From the NCBI GenBank assembly GCA_005222965.1, contig NJBG01000001.1:549533-613532 (forward strand): a stretch of DNA of 64,000 bases, given 5' to 3'. The position numbers and the translations under genes are program-made. Within the stretch, counting starts at the first letter, position 1. Each line of letters starts with the position of its first letter. Positions 1-9,657 of the stretch are shown piece after piece. Origin of the DNA: Candidatus Woesearchaeota archaeon B3_Woes (GTDB taxonomy: Archaea > Nanobdellota > Nanobdellia > Woesearchaeales > B3-WOES). The notes below the pieces were generated by a model. The model did not search any database and was not told where the DNA came from. It saw only the letters and a list, made by a program, of their open reading frames with translations.

Positions 1-1215
1 TCCATCAGGCTTACAGACATGAAAATCCTGATAATACATCTTATTAGAACAATTTGGAGGTAAAACCTTGCTTTTGTGCGTCTTATGATAGCGTAACTGG
101 CCAACTAAATAAACTTCCCGCAATGGCTCTTTATTCTTTTTATTCCATTCCTTTAATCTTTCCTCTATCTTCTCATAACCCCACCCTACAGACGTTAAAA
201 AATTAACAAGAATAAACAAAGCCCTCTTCTTACCATCATCCAACCCATTTAAAACTAATTTTATACAAGGAGGAAAAAATTGCTCAGGCAAAGCCTCTTT
301 TATTTCATCATACTTAAAACCAGTCTTAACTTTTATTTCCTCTTTTCTCTCCTCATAATCAAAAGCTTCTACAATCAATTTTTTAGCTTCATTATTAACA
401 ACCTTTGATCTATCTAAAAAATTAAATTTACTTACCTTAACATTAGAAGGCGTAGCAACTAATTTATTAAACTCTAAAACCTTAAAAGGATTTATAGGAA
501 CAGAAACTAATCCAGACTTCTCATTAAAACTATATGGTGTTCTGTATAAATGTCTGGATGATATTAATATTGTATCAACATCTAAAATACTAAAAGGATC
601 AAAATTATTATGTTTAACTAATTCATTAAATTTCTTCCCGGTTCTCTTAACTACTCCATCAATTCCTTTATCAAATTTCAAAATTTCTTTTGCTAAATGC
701 TCTCTTATCATAACCTTAAGATAATCAGCTATTTTTCTTGGGCCTTCTGGAAAAAGATTTTTAGTTAATTTATCATGAACCTCTTCAGGAAAACTTTCAA
801 AACAAACACCAATATGGTAACCATGATTTCCTGAAAATTTGCAGGAAATATTCTCAACACCATGATGTTTTATAGCCTTTATCAATAAATCAGCAGCAAT
901 TGCACTATAATCTAAAAACTTACAGTCAATATCTAACACCAAATCCCATCCAAATCTCAACTCATCAAGATCTTTTCTGCTTAGCGTTGGTTCTAATCTT
1001 AGGGGATTTTTCCAAATCTCTTCCGAAACATGAAAAGAAGTAGCACCCCCTTTTACCTGCTCTATAACGTCACTCTCATAAGTTAATATGTCTGGTCTTT
1101 TCCCAAAACCAACACCAAATTGAGCCACAACCTCTCTATCCTTAACACTACCCAGAATTGCTTTTTGTATATCTTTTCTTTTGTAATAATTCAAAGCTTC
1201 ACTTAAATTTACCAT
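1..1215 (-). CDS. priS: DNA primase, single-chain PriS catalytic domain fused to PriL-CTD-like Cys-rich domain (gene runs off the window edge)
   Basis: Absent from the ORF track because there is no stop inside the window. Hand translation of the minus strand from ATG 1215-1213 is stop-free to position 1. Sequence: MVNLSEALNYYKRKD...FGWDLVLDIDC (DxD metal site)...KFSGNHGYHIG (primase SGxxGxH motif)...FFPPCIKLVLNGL...LPPNCSNKMYYQDFHVCKPDG (PriL C-terminal Fe-S-like Cys pattern). Confidence 0.8.
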   Translation of the reverse strand, partial: MVNLSEALNYYKRKDIQKAILGSVKDREVVAQFGVGFGKRPDILTYESDVIEQVKGGATSFHVSEEIWKNPLRLEPTLSRKDLDELRFGWDLVLDIDCKFLDYSAIAADLLIKAIKHHGVENISCKFSGNHGYHIGVCFESFPEEVHDKLTKNLFPEGPRKIADYLKVMIREHLAKEILKFDKGIDGVVKRTGKKFNELVKHNNFDPFSILDVDTILISSRHLYRTPYSFNEKSGLVSVPINPFKVLEFNKLVATPSNVKVSKFNFLDRSKVVNNEAKKLIVEAFDYEERKEEIKVKTGFKYDEIKEALPEQFFPPCIKLVLNGLDDGKKRALFILVNFLTSVGWGYEKIEERLKEWNKKNKEPLREVYLVGQLRYHKTHKSKVLPPNCSNKMYYQDFHVCKPDG

Positions 1216-1306
1216 TTCGCCCCAAAAAACAGATAAACAACTTTATTTATAAAACTTTACGAAACAAATCACTATATTTTTAAATAAAGATTATTATCTT
1301 GTTACA

Positions 1307-2155
1307 ATGGTTATCGGAAATCAAATAAAAACAGTATTTTTACTAGGATTACTAACAGCACTATTTTTATGGGTAGGTAACCTTGTTGGAGGACCTAGTG
1401 GATTAACCATTGCAATATTCTTTGCTCTTATAATGAACTTTGGATCATATTGGTTTTCCGATAAAATAGTTTTGAAAATGTATAAAGCTAAAGAAGTTAA
1501 AGAATCTGATGAGCCAGAACTCTACAAATTAGTAAAAGAAATTATAAACACAGCTAAAATACCTATGCCTAAAATTTATATAATGAATGCACTCTATGCA
1601 AATGCATTTGCAACTGGAAGAAATCCCAAACATTCTGCAGTTGCAGTAACAAAGGGAATAATAGACTTATTAAGCAAAGAAGAATTAAAAGGGGTTATTG
1701 CTCATGAAATTTCTCATATAAAAAACAGAGACACATTAATACAGGCTGTTGCAGCTACAATTGCAGGAGTAATTTCTTATGTCGCTTTTATGGCCCGTTG
1801 GGTAGCAATCTTCGGAGGAAGAGACGATGATAGTTCAGGATTAGAATTTTTAGTTTTAGCTATTCTAACACCAATACTAGCAGCAATCATTCAAATGGCT
1901 ATTTCAAGATCAAGAGAATTTATTGCAGATTCTTCTGCAGCAAAATTATTACATTCAGGAGAAGGTTTAGCAACAGCATTAGAAAAACTAGAAAACTCAA
2001 CTAAACATATATCTTTAAGAAAAAATTCACAAACACAAGTCACAGCACATCTATTTATAACAAACCCTTTTCGTGGAGGAAATTTACTTAAATTATTTTC
2101 TACACATCCACAAACAAAAGAAAGAATTAGAAGATTAAAAAATATGAATTTCTAA
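1307..2155 (+). CDS. htpX: zinc metalloprotease HtpX (M48 family)
   Basis: HEISHIKNRD HExxH motif, several hydrophobic TM segments, and C-terminal FSTHPQTKERI typical of HtpX. Confidence 0.9.
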   Translation: MVIGNQIKTVFLLGLLTALFLWVGNLVGGPSGLTIAIFFALIMNFGSYWFSDKIVLKMYKAKEVKESDEPELYKLVKEIINTAKIPMPKIYIMNALYANAFATGRNPKHSAVAVTKGIIDLLSKEELKGVIAHEISHIKNRDTLIQAVAATIAGVISYVAFMARWVAIFGGRDDDSSGLEFLVLAILTPILAAIIQMAISRSREFIADSSAAKLLHSGEGLATALEKLENSTKHISLRKNSQTQVTAHLFITNPFRGGNLLKLFSTHPQTKERIRRLKNMNF

Positions 2156-2156
2156 A

Positions 2157-2360
2157 CTATTTCCAATATCTTACCATTGGCCTAATACTTATTAAAATAA
2201 ACAAAAATATAACTGGGAATAAATTTTGTTCTACAAAACCTCCAAGAGATAAAAAACAAGTTGCTATAATCATCCCTAAAACCAAACTTGACAATTCTAT
2301 TAAAGCAATATCTAAAGTATCTAATCTTCTCAGCCTTCTTCTAAGCTCGATTAACTTCAT
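2157..2360 (-). CDS. small membrane protein, unknown function
   Basis: 67-aa ORF with two hydrophobic segments. Its 4-nt overlap with the upstream ORF suggests co-translation. Confidence 0.4.
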   Translation of the reverse strand: MKLIELRRRLRRLDTLDIALIELSSLVLGMIIATCFLSLGGFVEQNLFPVIFLFILISIRPMVRYWK

Positions 2361-2590
2361 TTTTTCTTGCTCTTCTTTTCCCAGGGTTTATGTATCAACA
2401 AATAAACAATAGGCAGTATTCCAATAGTATTAAATATTAATATACACACAAACCAAACCTTTTGTTTATCTCTAGCAGAATACCACAATGCAAACCCTTT
2501 CCAAAATAGTTCCCATAAACTAAAAATTATAAGAATTGGCATAAAAAAAGCCCATGGAAATCCTCCAAACTGCGCAGTTGCCCAAAACAT
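2357..2590 (-). CDS. small 2-TM membrane protein (resembles DUF5652-type proteins, from memory only)
   Basis: 77 aa containing WELFWKGFALWYSARDKQKVWFVCILIFNTIGILPIVYL. No search was run. Confidence 0.5.
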   Translation of the reverse strand: MFWATAQFGGFPWAFFMPILIIFSLWELFWKGFALWYSARDKQKVWFVCILIFNTIGILPIVYLLIHKPWEKKSKKK

Positions 2591-2633
2591 ATTATCACCT
2601 AACCTTCTAAACCTTTAAAATATAAAAAAGTAT

Positions 2634-4835
2634 CTATTCATACTCAGAATCTAAAACCTTTCTTATCTCTTCTGCTTTTTTAGGACCTATTTTAGCTACT
2701 TTCTCAAGTTTATCTTTTTTAGCATTAACAATTTTTTTAACACTCTTAAACTTCTTAAGCAAAGGTTTCGATAGTGTTGGACCAATGCCAGGAAAACTTG
2801 AAACAATATACTCTTGCTGCTCTTTTAATGTTAAAGGCTTTTTCTCACCATGCAAATCAAAATCTTTAGTAGTTGCATCCTGTTCACGCCTGGCAATCGC
2901 TTTCAACAAAGAAGCAGTTTCTAAACTACTTTTAGTTTGTATTATTGGAATACCATAACTAATAGCAATTGTTGCCAACATACCATGAATAGCATTTCTA
3001 TGAACTTTTCTAACACTATAGAGGTCTTCCTCACCTTCAATAATAATCAAAGGCCTGGAAAAGTTATTCTTTAAATCTTTTAACTGATTTAACAACCTAC
3101 CATCTATAATAGAATTAACAAAATCTTCAACAGTCTTGAATTCAACACCACACCTTGAACTCAAAACATAATCACCACAAACCAGCTTATCCAGTTTTAT
3201 ATCAACATCCAAATCAATTAAACACTTTATAACTCCAGAACTTTTCTCACGATAATCAGCAAATATTTTTACCCCTTTAATAAAAGAAGTTAATTTTTTC
3301 TCAGGCACAATACTTAAACTAAAAATCTGTTTTTTAAGACTATCCAAATTTCTATACATCCTCTTTTCCTTATGATAAGAACTCCACTTATAACCTTCAT
3401 CTCTTGTTTTTTTAGCCATTAATATAACTACGCGCCCTTTTTCCTGCCGTCCAGTACGCCCGCGCCTCTGAATAGTACGTATTGCAGAAGGAATTGGCTC
3501 ATAAAAAACAACCAAATCAACCTTAGGAATATCAAGACCCTCTTCACCAATAGATGTAGCCACAATAACATTAAATTTTCCTTCACGAAATTTGTCTAAA
3601 ACCTTTTTCTGCTCTTTTTGACTTAAACCAATCCCTTTTTTCTTAGTTTGTCCAACAAAAAGTTCACTCTTAACACCTTTTATTTTATTAAGATTCTCTT
3701 TAATATCAAGAGCATTATCCCTGTACTGATTAAACACAATTACTTTCATATCTTTATTAGATTTAATCTCTTTATCAATTAAATTTTTAAGTTCAGTTAA
3801 TTTTGGATGCTCAATATTATCAGAAACAAGCTTTTCAGTTTTAAATAAAGCAGATTTAAAATTTTCATCAATCACTAAATTCTTCACAGCCTTAACTTTA
3901 GTTTTAAAACTCTCCTCATAAATTCCTTTCAGGTATTTATGTAAAGTTATTACTCCTTGTGTTTCCAAAAGATCAAGAGCATGATAAACCTTCATGACTT
4001 CTGCAAGAACACTTATGGAACTCCACATAACAGGGTTTTTCTCACCTCTTGCAATATCTCCATGAATCTTTCCCTGTAAAGCCAATAACTCTCTTTTATT
4101 TACATAATTCAAATCAGTCCTTCTTAAAACTCCCCACGATTTTAATTTTTGAAGTCTTTCCTTTAAACAATCACTAAGATACTTATGAATTTCATAAAAA
4201 GCAGGAGTTAATTCTACCTTAATCCATTTTTCATCAACCTCTTGAACATACGGCTTAACATCTCCATCTTCATGAGTTCTAACCTCAATATTTTCAATAT
4301 AAAGATTTTGACAAATCTCTTTTATTTTTTCCATATCACTTCCAGGAGAAGCGGTTAGAGCCAATATCCGAGGGTATTTAGCTATTTTATTATATTGTTT
4401 AGCCACAAAAACATAAGCATAATTTCCTACAGCACGATGAGCCTCATCAACACCTAATAAACTAACTTCTTCTAAATTAATTCTCTTAGAAATTATATCA
4501 TTTTCTAATCCTTGTGGTGTTGAAAAAATTATCTTAGATGTTTTCCAAAGATCAGCCCTTTTGGCAGGACTAACTAATCCAGTAAATATAGATATCTTAT
4601 CTTCAGGAATTTCAAAATATTTTTTAAAAACCTCAAAATACTGATCAATCAAGGGTTTGGTAGGTCCTATAAATAATATCTTAGAATTAGGATGTATCTT
4701 AAGTCTATATGAGGCCAGCATCAAAAAAATATTTGTTTTACCCAACCCAGTAGGCAAAACAACTAATGTATTTTTATTTACAGATGTGTTTAAAATACTC
4801 TCCTGATATAATCTTGGTTTAAAATTCTTTATCAT
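2634..4835 (-). CDS. hef: Hef-type helicase-nuclease (FANCM/XPF-like)
   Basis: The N-terminal SF2 helicase shows PTGLGKT Walker A, VDEAH and QRRGRTGR. The C-terminal ERCC4-type nuclease region shows GDYVLSSRCGVEFKT. Tandem HhH follows (FPGIGPTLSK...KIGPKKAEEI). Confidence 0.85.
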   Translation of the reverse strand: MIKNFKPRLYQESILNTSVNKNTLVVLPTGLGKTNIFLMLASYRLKIHPNSKILFIGPTKPLIDQYFEVFKKYFEIPEDKISIFTGLVSPAKRADLWKTSKIIFSTPQGLENDIISKRINLEEVSLLGVDEAHRAVGNYAYVFVAKQYNKIAKYPRILALTASPGSDMEKIKEICQNLYIENIEVRTHEDGDVKPYVQEVDEKWIKVELTPAFYEIHKYLSDCLKERLQKLKSWGVLRRTDLNYVNKRELLALQGKIHGDIARGEKNPVMWSSISVLAEVMKVYHALDLLETQGVITLHKYLKGIYEESFKTKVKAVKNLVIDENFKSALFKTEKLVSDNIEHPKLTELKNLIDKEIKSNKDMKVIVFNQYRDNALDIKENLNKIKGVKSELFVGQTKKKGIGLSQKEQKKVLDKFREGKFNVIVATSIGEEGLDIPKVDLVVFYEPIPSAIRTIQRRGRTGRQEKGRVVILMAKKTRDEGYKWSSYHKEKRMYRNLDSLKKQIFSLSIVPEKKLTSFIKGVKIFADYREKSSGVIKCLIDLDVDIKLDKLVCGDYVLSSRCGVEFKTVEDFVNSIIDGRLLNQLKDLKNNFSRPLIIIEGEEDLYSVRKVHRNAIHGMLATIAISYGIPIIQTKSSLETASLLKAIARREQDATTKDFDLHGEKKPLTLKEQQEYIVSSFPGIGPTLSKPLLKKFKSVKKIVNAKKDKLEKVAKIGPKKAEEIRKVLDSEYE

Positions 4836-4898
4836 CCCATTAAGAGTAAATTAAAGCCATTTAAATACTTTGAGGCAGTATGGCAAATGAAACAAAAA

Positions 4899-5225
4899 TT
4901 AGTATTGTAAACTCTTTATAATCTCTCTATCATGTAGATAATAACTTATTGCAATGCCAAACACATAAAACAAAAGAATTATTTTATTACTACCATATCT
5001 GCTTCCAAGCATAAAACCAATCAAAAAACCAGTTAATATAATCACCCAGGGAGTTTTAAAACCTTTTTTTACTCTAAACCATATCCTCCCTCCCATTAAA
5101 CCAGCTAACAACACAAGGGTGTAAGCAATAACCGCAGAACCAGAACCCAAAGCAGAAAAGAAACCAATAACTAATAAAACAAAAGCAAGAACTTCTGGCC
5201 AATCCATAAACAAATTTAATTTCAT
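4899..5225 (-). CDS. membrane protein, unknown function
   Basis: 108 aa with 3-4 hydrophobic helices. It overlaps the upstream ORF by 4 nt. Confidence 0.5.
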   Translation of the reverse strand: MKLNLFMDWPEVLAFVLLVIGFFSALGSGSAVIAYTLVLLAGLMGGRIWFRVKKGFKTPWVIILTGFLIGFMLGSRYGSNKIILLFYVFGIAISYYLHDREIIKSLQY

Positions 5226-6010
5226 ACTGCTTCAACCTTCCACAAGTGTAAAACCCATATTATTACCCCTACAACAAGAGAGAGCAATATTATGAGGAAT
5301 ATATTGAGATTAGATATTATTAAAAAAGTAGCACCAAGAATACTACCAAAAACAAATGCATAAGTTGCTCTTGAATAAAAGAATAATCTTGAACCATTTA
5401 AAGGAGGAATTGGCAAAATTGAAAAAAATGCAAACCACAAACTAACAACCATTCCTTTATAAAAAAATAAACTTCCAGGAAAAACAACCAACAATATTTT
5501 AAAGAATAAAGCCAAAAAAACAGTTGACAGAGAACCCCACATACAACAAAGACCTGTTTCAATCATATTTACACCATATCTAAACCACCCTAAACGATGA
5601 ACACTCATATGATGAAAAAATATTCCACCTGGTGCCAAAACCCACAATACAAAAGGATGCCCCACACTTCCTGTTAGAGAAGCAGAAAAAAATGCCAAAC
5701 CTAAACCAGTCAAAAGACCATACCACCACAATTTAAATTCTGCCCTGTAACCCCAATACAAAGCTATTAATTTTATAACAATAAGATGAGATCCTAAAAC
5801 AATTCCAACAATAATTATTGATTCAAATAAATTAATCAATCCAACATTAAAATCAAAAGCATCTCCAGCCCCCCACTCACCAAAAGAAACAATAAATGCC
5901 AAAACCAAAACAGATATAACACTAGCCTCAATTTCGCTCTTGTTAAACCTAAAATAATGTCTAAATTTACTTATAAAATTCCTAAAACTAAACATTACCA
6001 TTTCACCCAT
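5222..6010 (-). CDS. polytopic membrane protein, unknown function
   Basis: 262 aa with at least 6 hydrophobic helices. No catalytic motif was recognised. Confidence 0.55.
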   Translation of the reverse strand: MGEMVMFSFRNFISKFRHYFRFNKSEIEASVISVLVLAFIVSFGEWGAGDAFDFNVGLINLFESIIIVGIVLGSHLIVIKLIALYWGYRAEFKLWWYGLLTGLGLAFFSASLTGSVGHPFVLWVLAPGGIFFHHMSVHRLGWFRYGVNMIETGLCCMWGSLSTVFLALFFKILLVVFPGSLFFYKGMVVSLWFAFFSILPIPPLNGSRLFFYSRATYAFVFGSILGATFLIISNLNIFLIILLSLVVGVIIWVLHLWKVEAV

Positions 6011-6044
6011 AATTTAGTCATAAGAATATATAAATATTTGGGTT

Positions 6045-6755
6045 TTAACTATAAGAATAAGTATAACTATAACTTACCACATCAACCTTTTTCTTCTTTA
6101 TTAAATTAATTAAATCTTCCTCATGTCCGGCTCCAATAATCCCTAAAACTTTTTTATCATCATTAACACTAATTATTTTAGCTAATTTTGATGCCATAAA
6201 TTCATTCCTTTCCTCAATCAAAACCTTATACAAACCAGGATATCTTTTCTTAACTTTATTAAGAATCTTATCAATAACCTTTTTATTTGGAACTTTTCTC
6301 AAATCAAAATCAATTTCCTTCTTCCTAAACACAACAGCTTTGATTATATCACTTAGTAATCTAAATTTTTCTTTCCAAGTAAACTCCTTAGAAAACCTTT
6401 TCAATGTTTTTTCAATATCCTGATCAATAACCATTATTTTTATTTTGTTTTTCTTTGCTAACCCGATTGCTTTTAACATTTCAGAACCAGGAGAAACCCC
6501 AACATACTGTCCTAATTTCTTTTCAGCATAAGCGCCAATTATACTAAACAAATAACCTTTTAATCCAACTTTTCTTATATCACTCAAACTAAATTTATTT
6601 CCTTTAACATTATGAACAAGAGCATATAACCTTTTTTTATCTAATTCTAAACAAACAATATCCGGCTTTAAATTAATAATGGATTTTTCTACATCATCCA
6701 TACTTTGTTTAGCAATATGACTTGTTCCAATCAATGTTAAATTTTTATATTTCAT
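6045..6755 (-). CDS. TraB/GumN family protein
   Basis: N-terminal LTLIGTSHIAKQS and C-terminal GIIGAGHEEDL match the TraB family signature. Confidence 0.7.
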   Translation of the reverse strand: MKYKNLTLIGTSHIAKQSMDDVEKSIINLKPDIVCLELDKKRLYALVHNVKGNKFSLSDIRKVGLKGYLFSIIGAYAEKKLGQYVGVSPGSEMLKAIGLAKKNKIKIMVIDQDIEKTLKRFSKEFTWKEKFRLLSDIIKAVVFRKKEIDFDLRKVPNKKVIDKILNKVKKRYPGLYKVLIEERNEFMASKLAKIISVNDDKKVLGIIGAGHEEDLINLIKKKKVDVVSYSYTYSYS

Positions 6756-6779
6756 ATAAAAATAAAGAACAAATACAGT

Positions 6780-8657
6780 TTAAAAATTATCCTTTTTTAT
6801 GATTAATACAATACTTAACAAGGTTGTTAATGTAATAATAAAATAAGGTAATGTTTTCTTTATTTTTTCATTTTTTGATTCATAAATTTGTTGTTTATAG
6901 TGTATACTTTCTGTGCATAAAAGCCGATTAAAAATATTAAATTCAGCTAAACTTATTGGATTTCCAAAATTAGGGCTATATTCTGCACTAAGACATTTAG
7001 TAGAATAAGAACCAGAACCACTAACAGATATCTCTTCTATAATCTCTTTATTTGTCTTCTGATTATCTTTATTAATTACAACTTTTAGTTTATAATCGCC
7101 ATCTTCTAAACTTGAAACTTTGTTTGTTAAAGTTATGATTTCAGAAGAACCTACATCTATTGTAATATGTTTTTTATTTTGTTGTCTATCACCAGAGTAA
7201 GATTTGGATCCTCTATAAACATAACTCCATATGTCTACTTCAGAATCCTGATCATCATCATTTTTTATCTCTACATTAATATTAAATTCTTGTGAAGAAC
7301 TTATTTTTTTAGGATAATTAATTAAGCTATAATCAAATTTTCTTGAGCTAAGGCTTGTAGAAGAAGTTTTTGTGGAGGATTTTCCGCATAAAGATGTTTT
7401 AATGCCTTCTATCTCTATTTTTTCTGAATCAGATTCACCAAGTCCTTCTACAACTACTATATGTTTGCCATCTTTATATTTTTCATCACAGTTTGGTTTT
7501 AATTGTATTGGAACAGTTAATGTGTAACCAGTGAATTTATTTTTAAAATGCATTGTACTCTTTTCAGTTGCCTTTTTTCCACTTTTAGTCTCAATATAAG
7601 CATAAACAGCATATTTTGAAGTGTCACCTCTATAAACATTTATTTTAGCCTTGACAATATCTCCAAATTCAGCAGAAGAAGGAACATCTGATATTTCTAT
7701 AGATGACTCTGATTCTTGGTTTTCTTTATCTGTTTCTTCTTCAGAGAAAATAGTATCAACAACATTAAAGATGTATAAGTTACTTTCAACAGAAGAGCCT
7801 GAAAATCTTAACTTAGCCTGAATAGTTGCTGTTCCTATGTAGCTTTTATCAGGATCAATTTTCAGATATGCTAGATAATTTCCAGAGCCATTTTCCACTT
7901 TAGTAGAATTATAAACATAATAGGTTGTTGATTTCCATTTTTTATCATTTGTGTCATAAATTCTTCCTATTCTGGTTCCATTTTCATCTTTGATATCAAT
8001 TTTAACATCATACAACCCATCAGAAAAACCTGAAATCTCAATTTTAATTAAAAATATAGTGCCATCATTCAAAACATGCGAAGGATAATTAAGAATAAAA
8101 GAGGGTTGGGAAGGACAAAAGTTATCTTTTCCTGGTGTTGGGGTATTTGTGCACCAAGAATTATTAAAAAATTGTAATGAATTTCCATCTCCATCTGCTC
8201 CAAAACTTTTATTATAATAAAAACTATCTATTAATGAATCATTAGAAGAATAAAGATTTACAATTTCCTGACCATTATTCAAGCCAAAAGAGACCTCAGC
8301 AATAGGGCAAGAAACATTCCAATACCGAGAAAAATTTACTGGTTTTTTTGCGAATATTAAATATCCACCAGCAGGTATATTTGTTTGATTCATAATAATA
8401 CTTCGATTATATTCTTTAGATAAATCAGATTTCATATCAGAGATTTTCCAGCCGCTTAGATTAACAGAAGATGGACCATTGTTAAATACCTCAATCCATT
8501 CACAATAGGTATCTGAACACTGGTTTGGATTATACATTATTTCATTAATTATTATATTAGCAAATATTGTTTTTGAACTTAAGATTAATATTATTAAAAA
8601 TAAAAATCTAATCCCACACCCCATTAATCTCTTGTTTACAAAATTTACATTTGCCAT
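6780..8657 (-). CDS. lamin-tail-domain (LTD) surface protein with C-terminal TM anchor
   Basis: Signal/anchor FLFLIILILSS is followed by IIINEIMYNPNQ...CEWIEVFNNGPSSVNLSGWKISD (LTD signature). There are many N-x-S/T sequons and a C-terminal hydrophobic LPYFIITLTTLLSIVLII. The start may instead be the internal Met at 8624. The gene overlaps the 3' end of the upstream gene. Confidence 0.7.
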   Translation of the reverse strand: MANVNFVNKRLMGCGIRFLFLIILILSSKTIFANIIINEIMYNPNQCSDTYCEWIEVFNNGPSSVNLSGWKISDMKSDLSKEYNRSIIMNQTNIPAGGYLIFAKKPVNFSRYWNVSCPIAEVSFGLNNGQEIVNLYSSNDSLIDSFYYNKSFGADGDGNSLQFFNNSWCTNTPTPGKDNFCPSQPSFILNYPSHVLNDGTIFLIKIEISGFSDGLYDVKIDIKDENGTRIGRIYDTNDKKWKSTTYYVYNSTKVENGSGNYLAYLKIDPDKSYIGTATIQAKLRFSGSSVESNLYIFNVVDTIFSEEETDKENQESESSIEISDVPSSAEFGDIVKAKINVYRGDTSKYAVYAYIETKSGKKATEKSTMHFKNKFTGYTLTVPIQLKPNCDEKYKDGKHIVVVEGLGESDSEKIEIEGIKTSLCGKSSTKTSSTSLSSRKFDYSLINYPKKISSSQEFNINVEIKNDDDQDSEVDIWSYVYRGSKSYSGDRQQNKKHITIDVGSSEIITLTNKVSSLEDGDYKLKVVINKDNQKTNKEIIEEISVSGSGSYSTKCLSAEYSPNFGNPISLAEFNIFNRLLCTESIHYKQQIYESKNEKIKKTLPYFIITLTTLLSIVLIIKKDNF

Positions 8658-9615
8658 TAGAAATATTATTTTGGGATATGTTAAATTGCGCTCTTTCTAT
8701 CAAAAGTTGATTGCATTTAGGACAATAGGTATTTCCTTGATTTTCCAGTTGAAGATTTCCAATATAAACATAATTAAGTTTGTTCCTCTCTGCTATTTTT
8801 TTAGCTTCTAATAATATTTCAGCAGAAGTAGGTGGCAAATGTTCCATTTGATAACAAGGATAAAATGCACTAAAATGCAAAGGAACATCATTTCCTAGAT
8901 TAGAAGAAATCCATTTACACATTTCATCTATTTTTTCCATATTATCATTTAATTTAGGGATAATCAAATTTGTAATTTCAAGCAAAGTGTCTGATTGATG
9001 AATCATCTTTAAAGTATTTAGAACTGGTTGAATCCATGCATCACAAATTTCTTTGTAAAATCTGTCTTCAAAAGATTTTAAATCAATATTTGCAGCGTCT
9101 AAATAAGGTAATAATTCTTTTAGAGGTTCTTCATTAATAAAACCATTACATACAATAACATTTTTTATCCCTTTTTTCTTAGCTAATTTTGCTGTTTCAA
9201 GCACAAATTCATAAAAAATAATTGGTTCATTATAGGTATAAGCAATTATTCCACATCCAGAATCAATTGCTTCTTTTACAACTTGTTTTGGAGTAAATTT
9301 TTTTGCTTTAGTATCTGGTTTTATTTGAGAGGTAGTCCAATTTTGGCAGAACTGACAATGCAAATTACATCCTGTTGTGCCAATAGAGAATACTTGTTGA
9401 CCAGGCATAAAATGAAATAAAGGCTTTTTTTCAATAGGGTCTATTGAAATTGAACATAAATTTCCATAGACCAAAGAATAGAGTCTTCCTTTGATGTTTT
9501 GTCGAGCATTACAGTTACCAAATTTGTCCGGCTTTATAATACATTTTTTAGGACATAAATGACACTGTACTATTTTATCTCTTAATTTTTCATAATATAA
9601 TGCTTCTATTGGCAT
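8608..9615 (-). CDS. amrS: AmmeMemoRadiSam system radical SAM enzyme
   Basis: CNLHCQFCQNW CxxxCxxC cluster motif. N-terminal Cys-rich CHLCPKKC...CNAR is typical of this family. Length is 335 aa. Confidence 0.8.
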   Translation of the reverse strand: MPIEALYYEKLRDKIVQCHLCPKKCIIKPDKFGNCNARQNIKGRLYSLVYGNLCSISIDPIEKKPLFHFMPGQQVFSIGTTGCNLHCQFCQNWTTSQIKPDTKAKKFTPKQVVKEAIDSGCGIIAYTYNEPIIFYEFVLETAKLAKKKGIKNVIVCNGFINEEPLKELLPYLDAANIDLKSFEDRFYKEICDAWIQPVLNTLKMIHQSDTLLEITNLIIPKLNDNMEKIDEMCKWISSNLGNDVPLHFSAFYPCYQMEHLPPTSAEILLEAKKIAERNKLNYVYIGNLQLENQGNTYCPKCNQLLIERAQFNISQNNISNGKCKFCKQEINGVWD

Positions 9616-9657
9616 ATTAAAAACAATAATAAACCAAGTTATTAATATTTTGTTATT

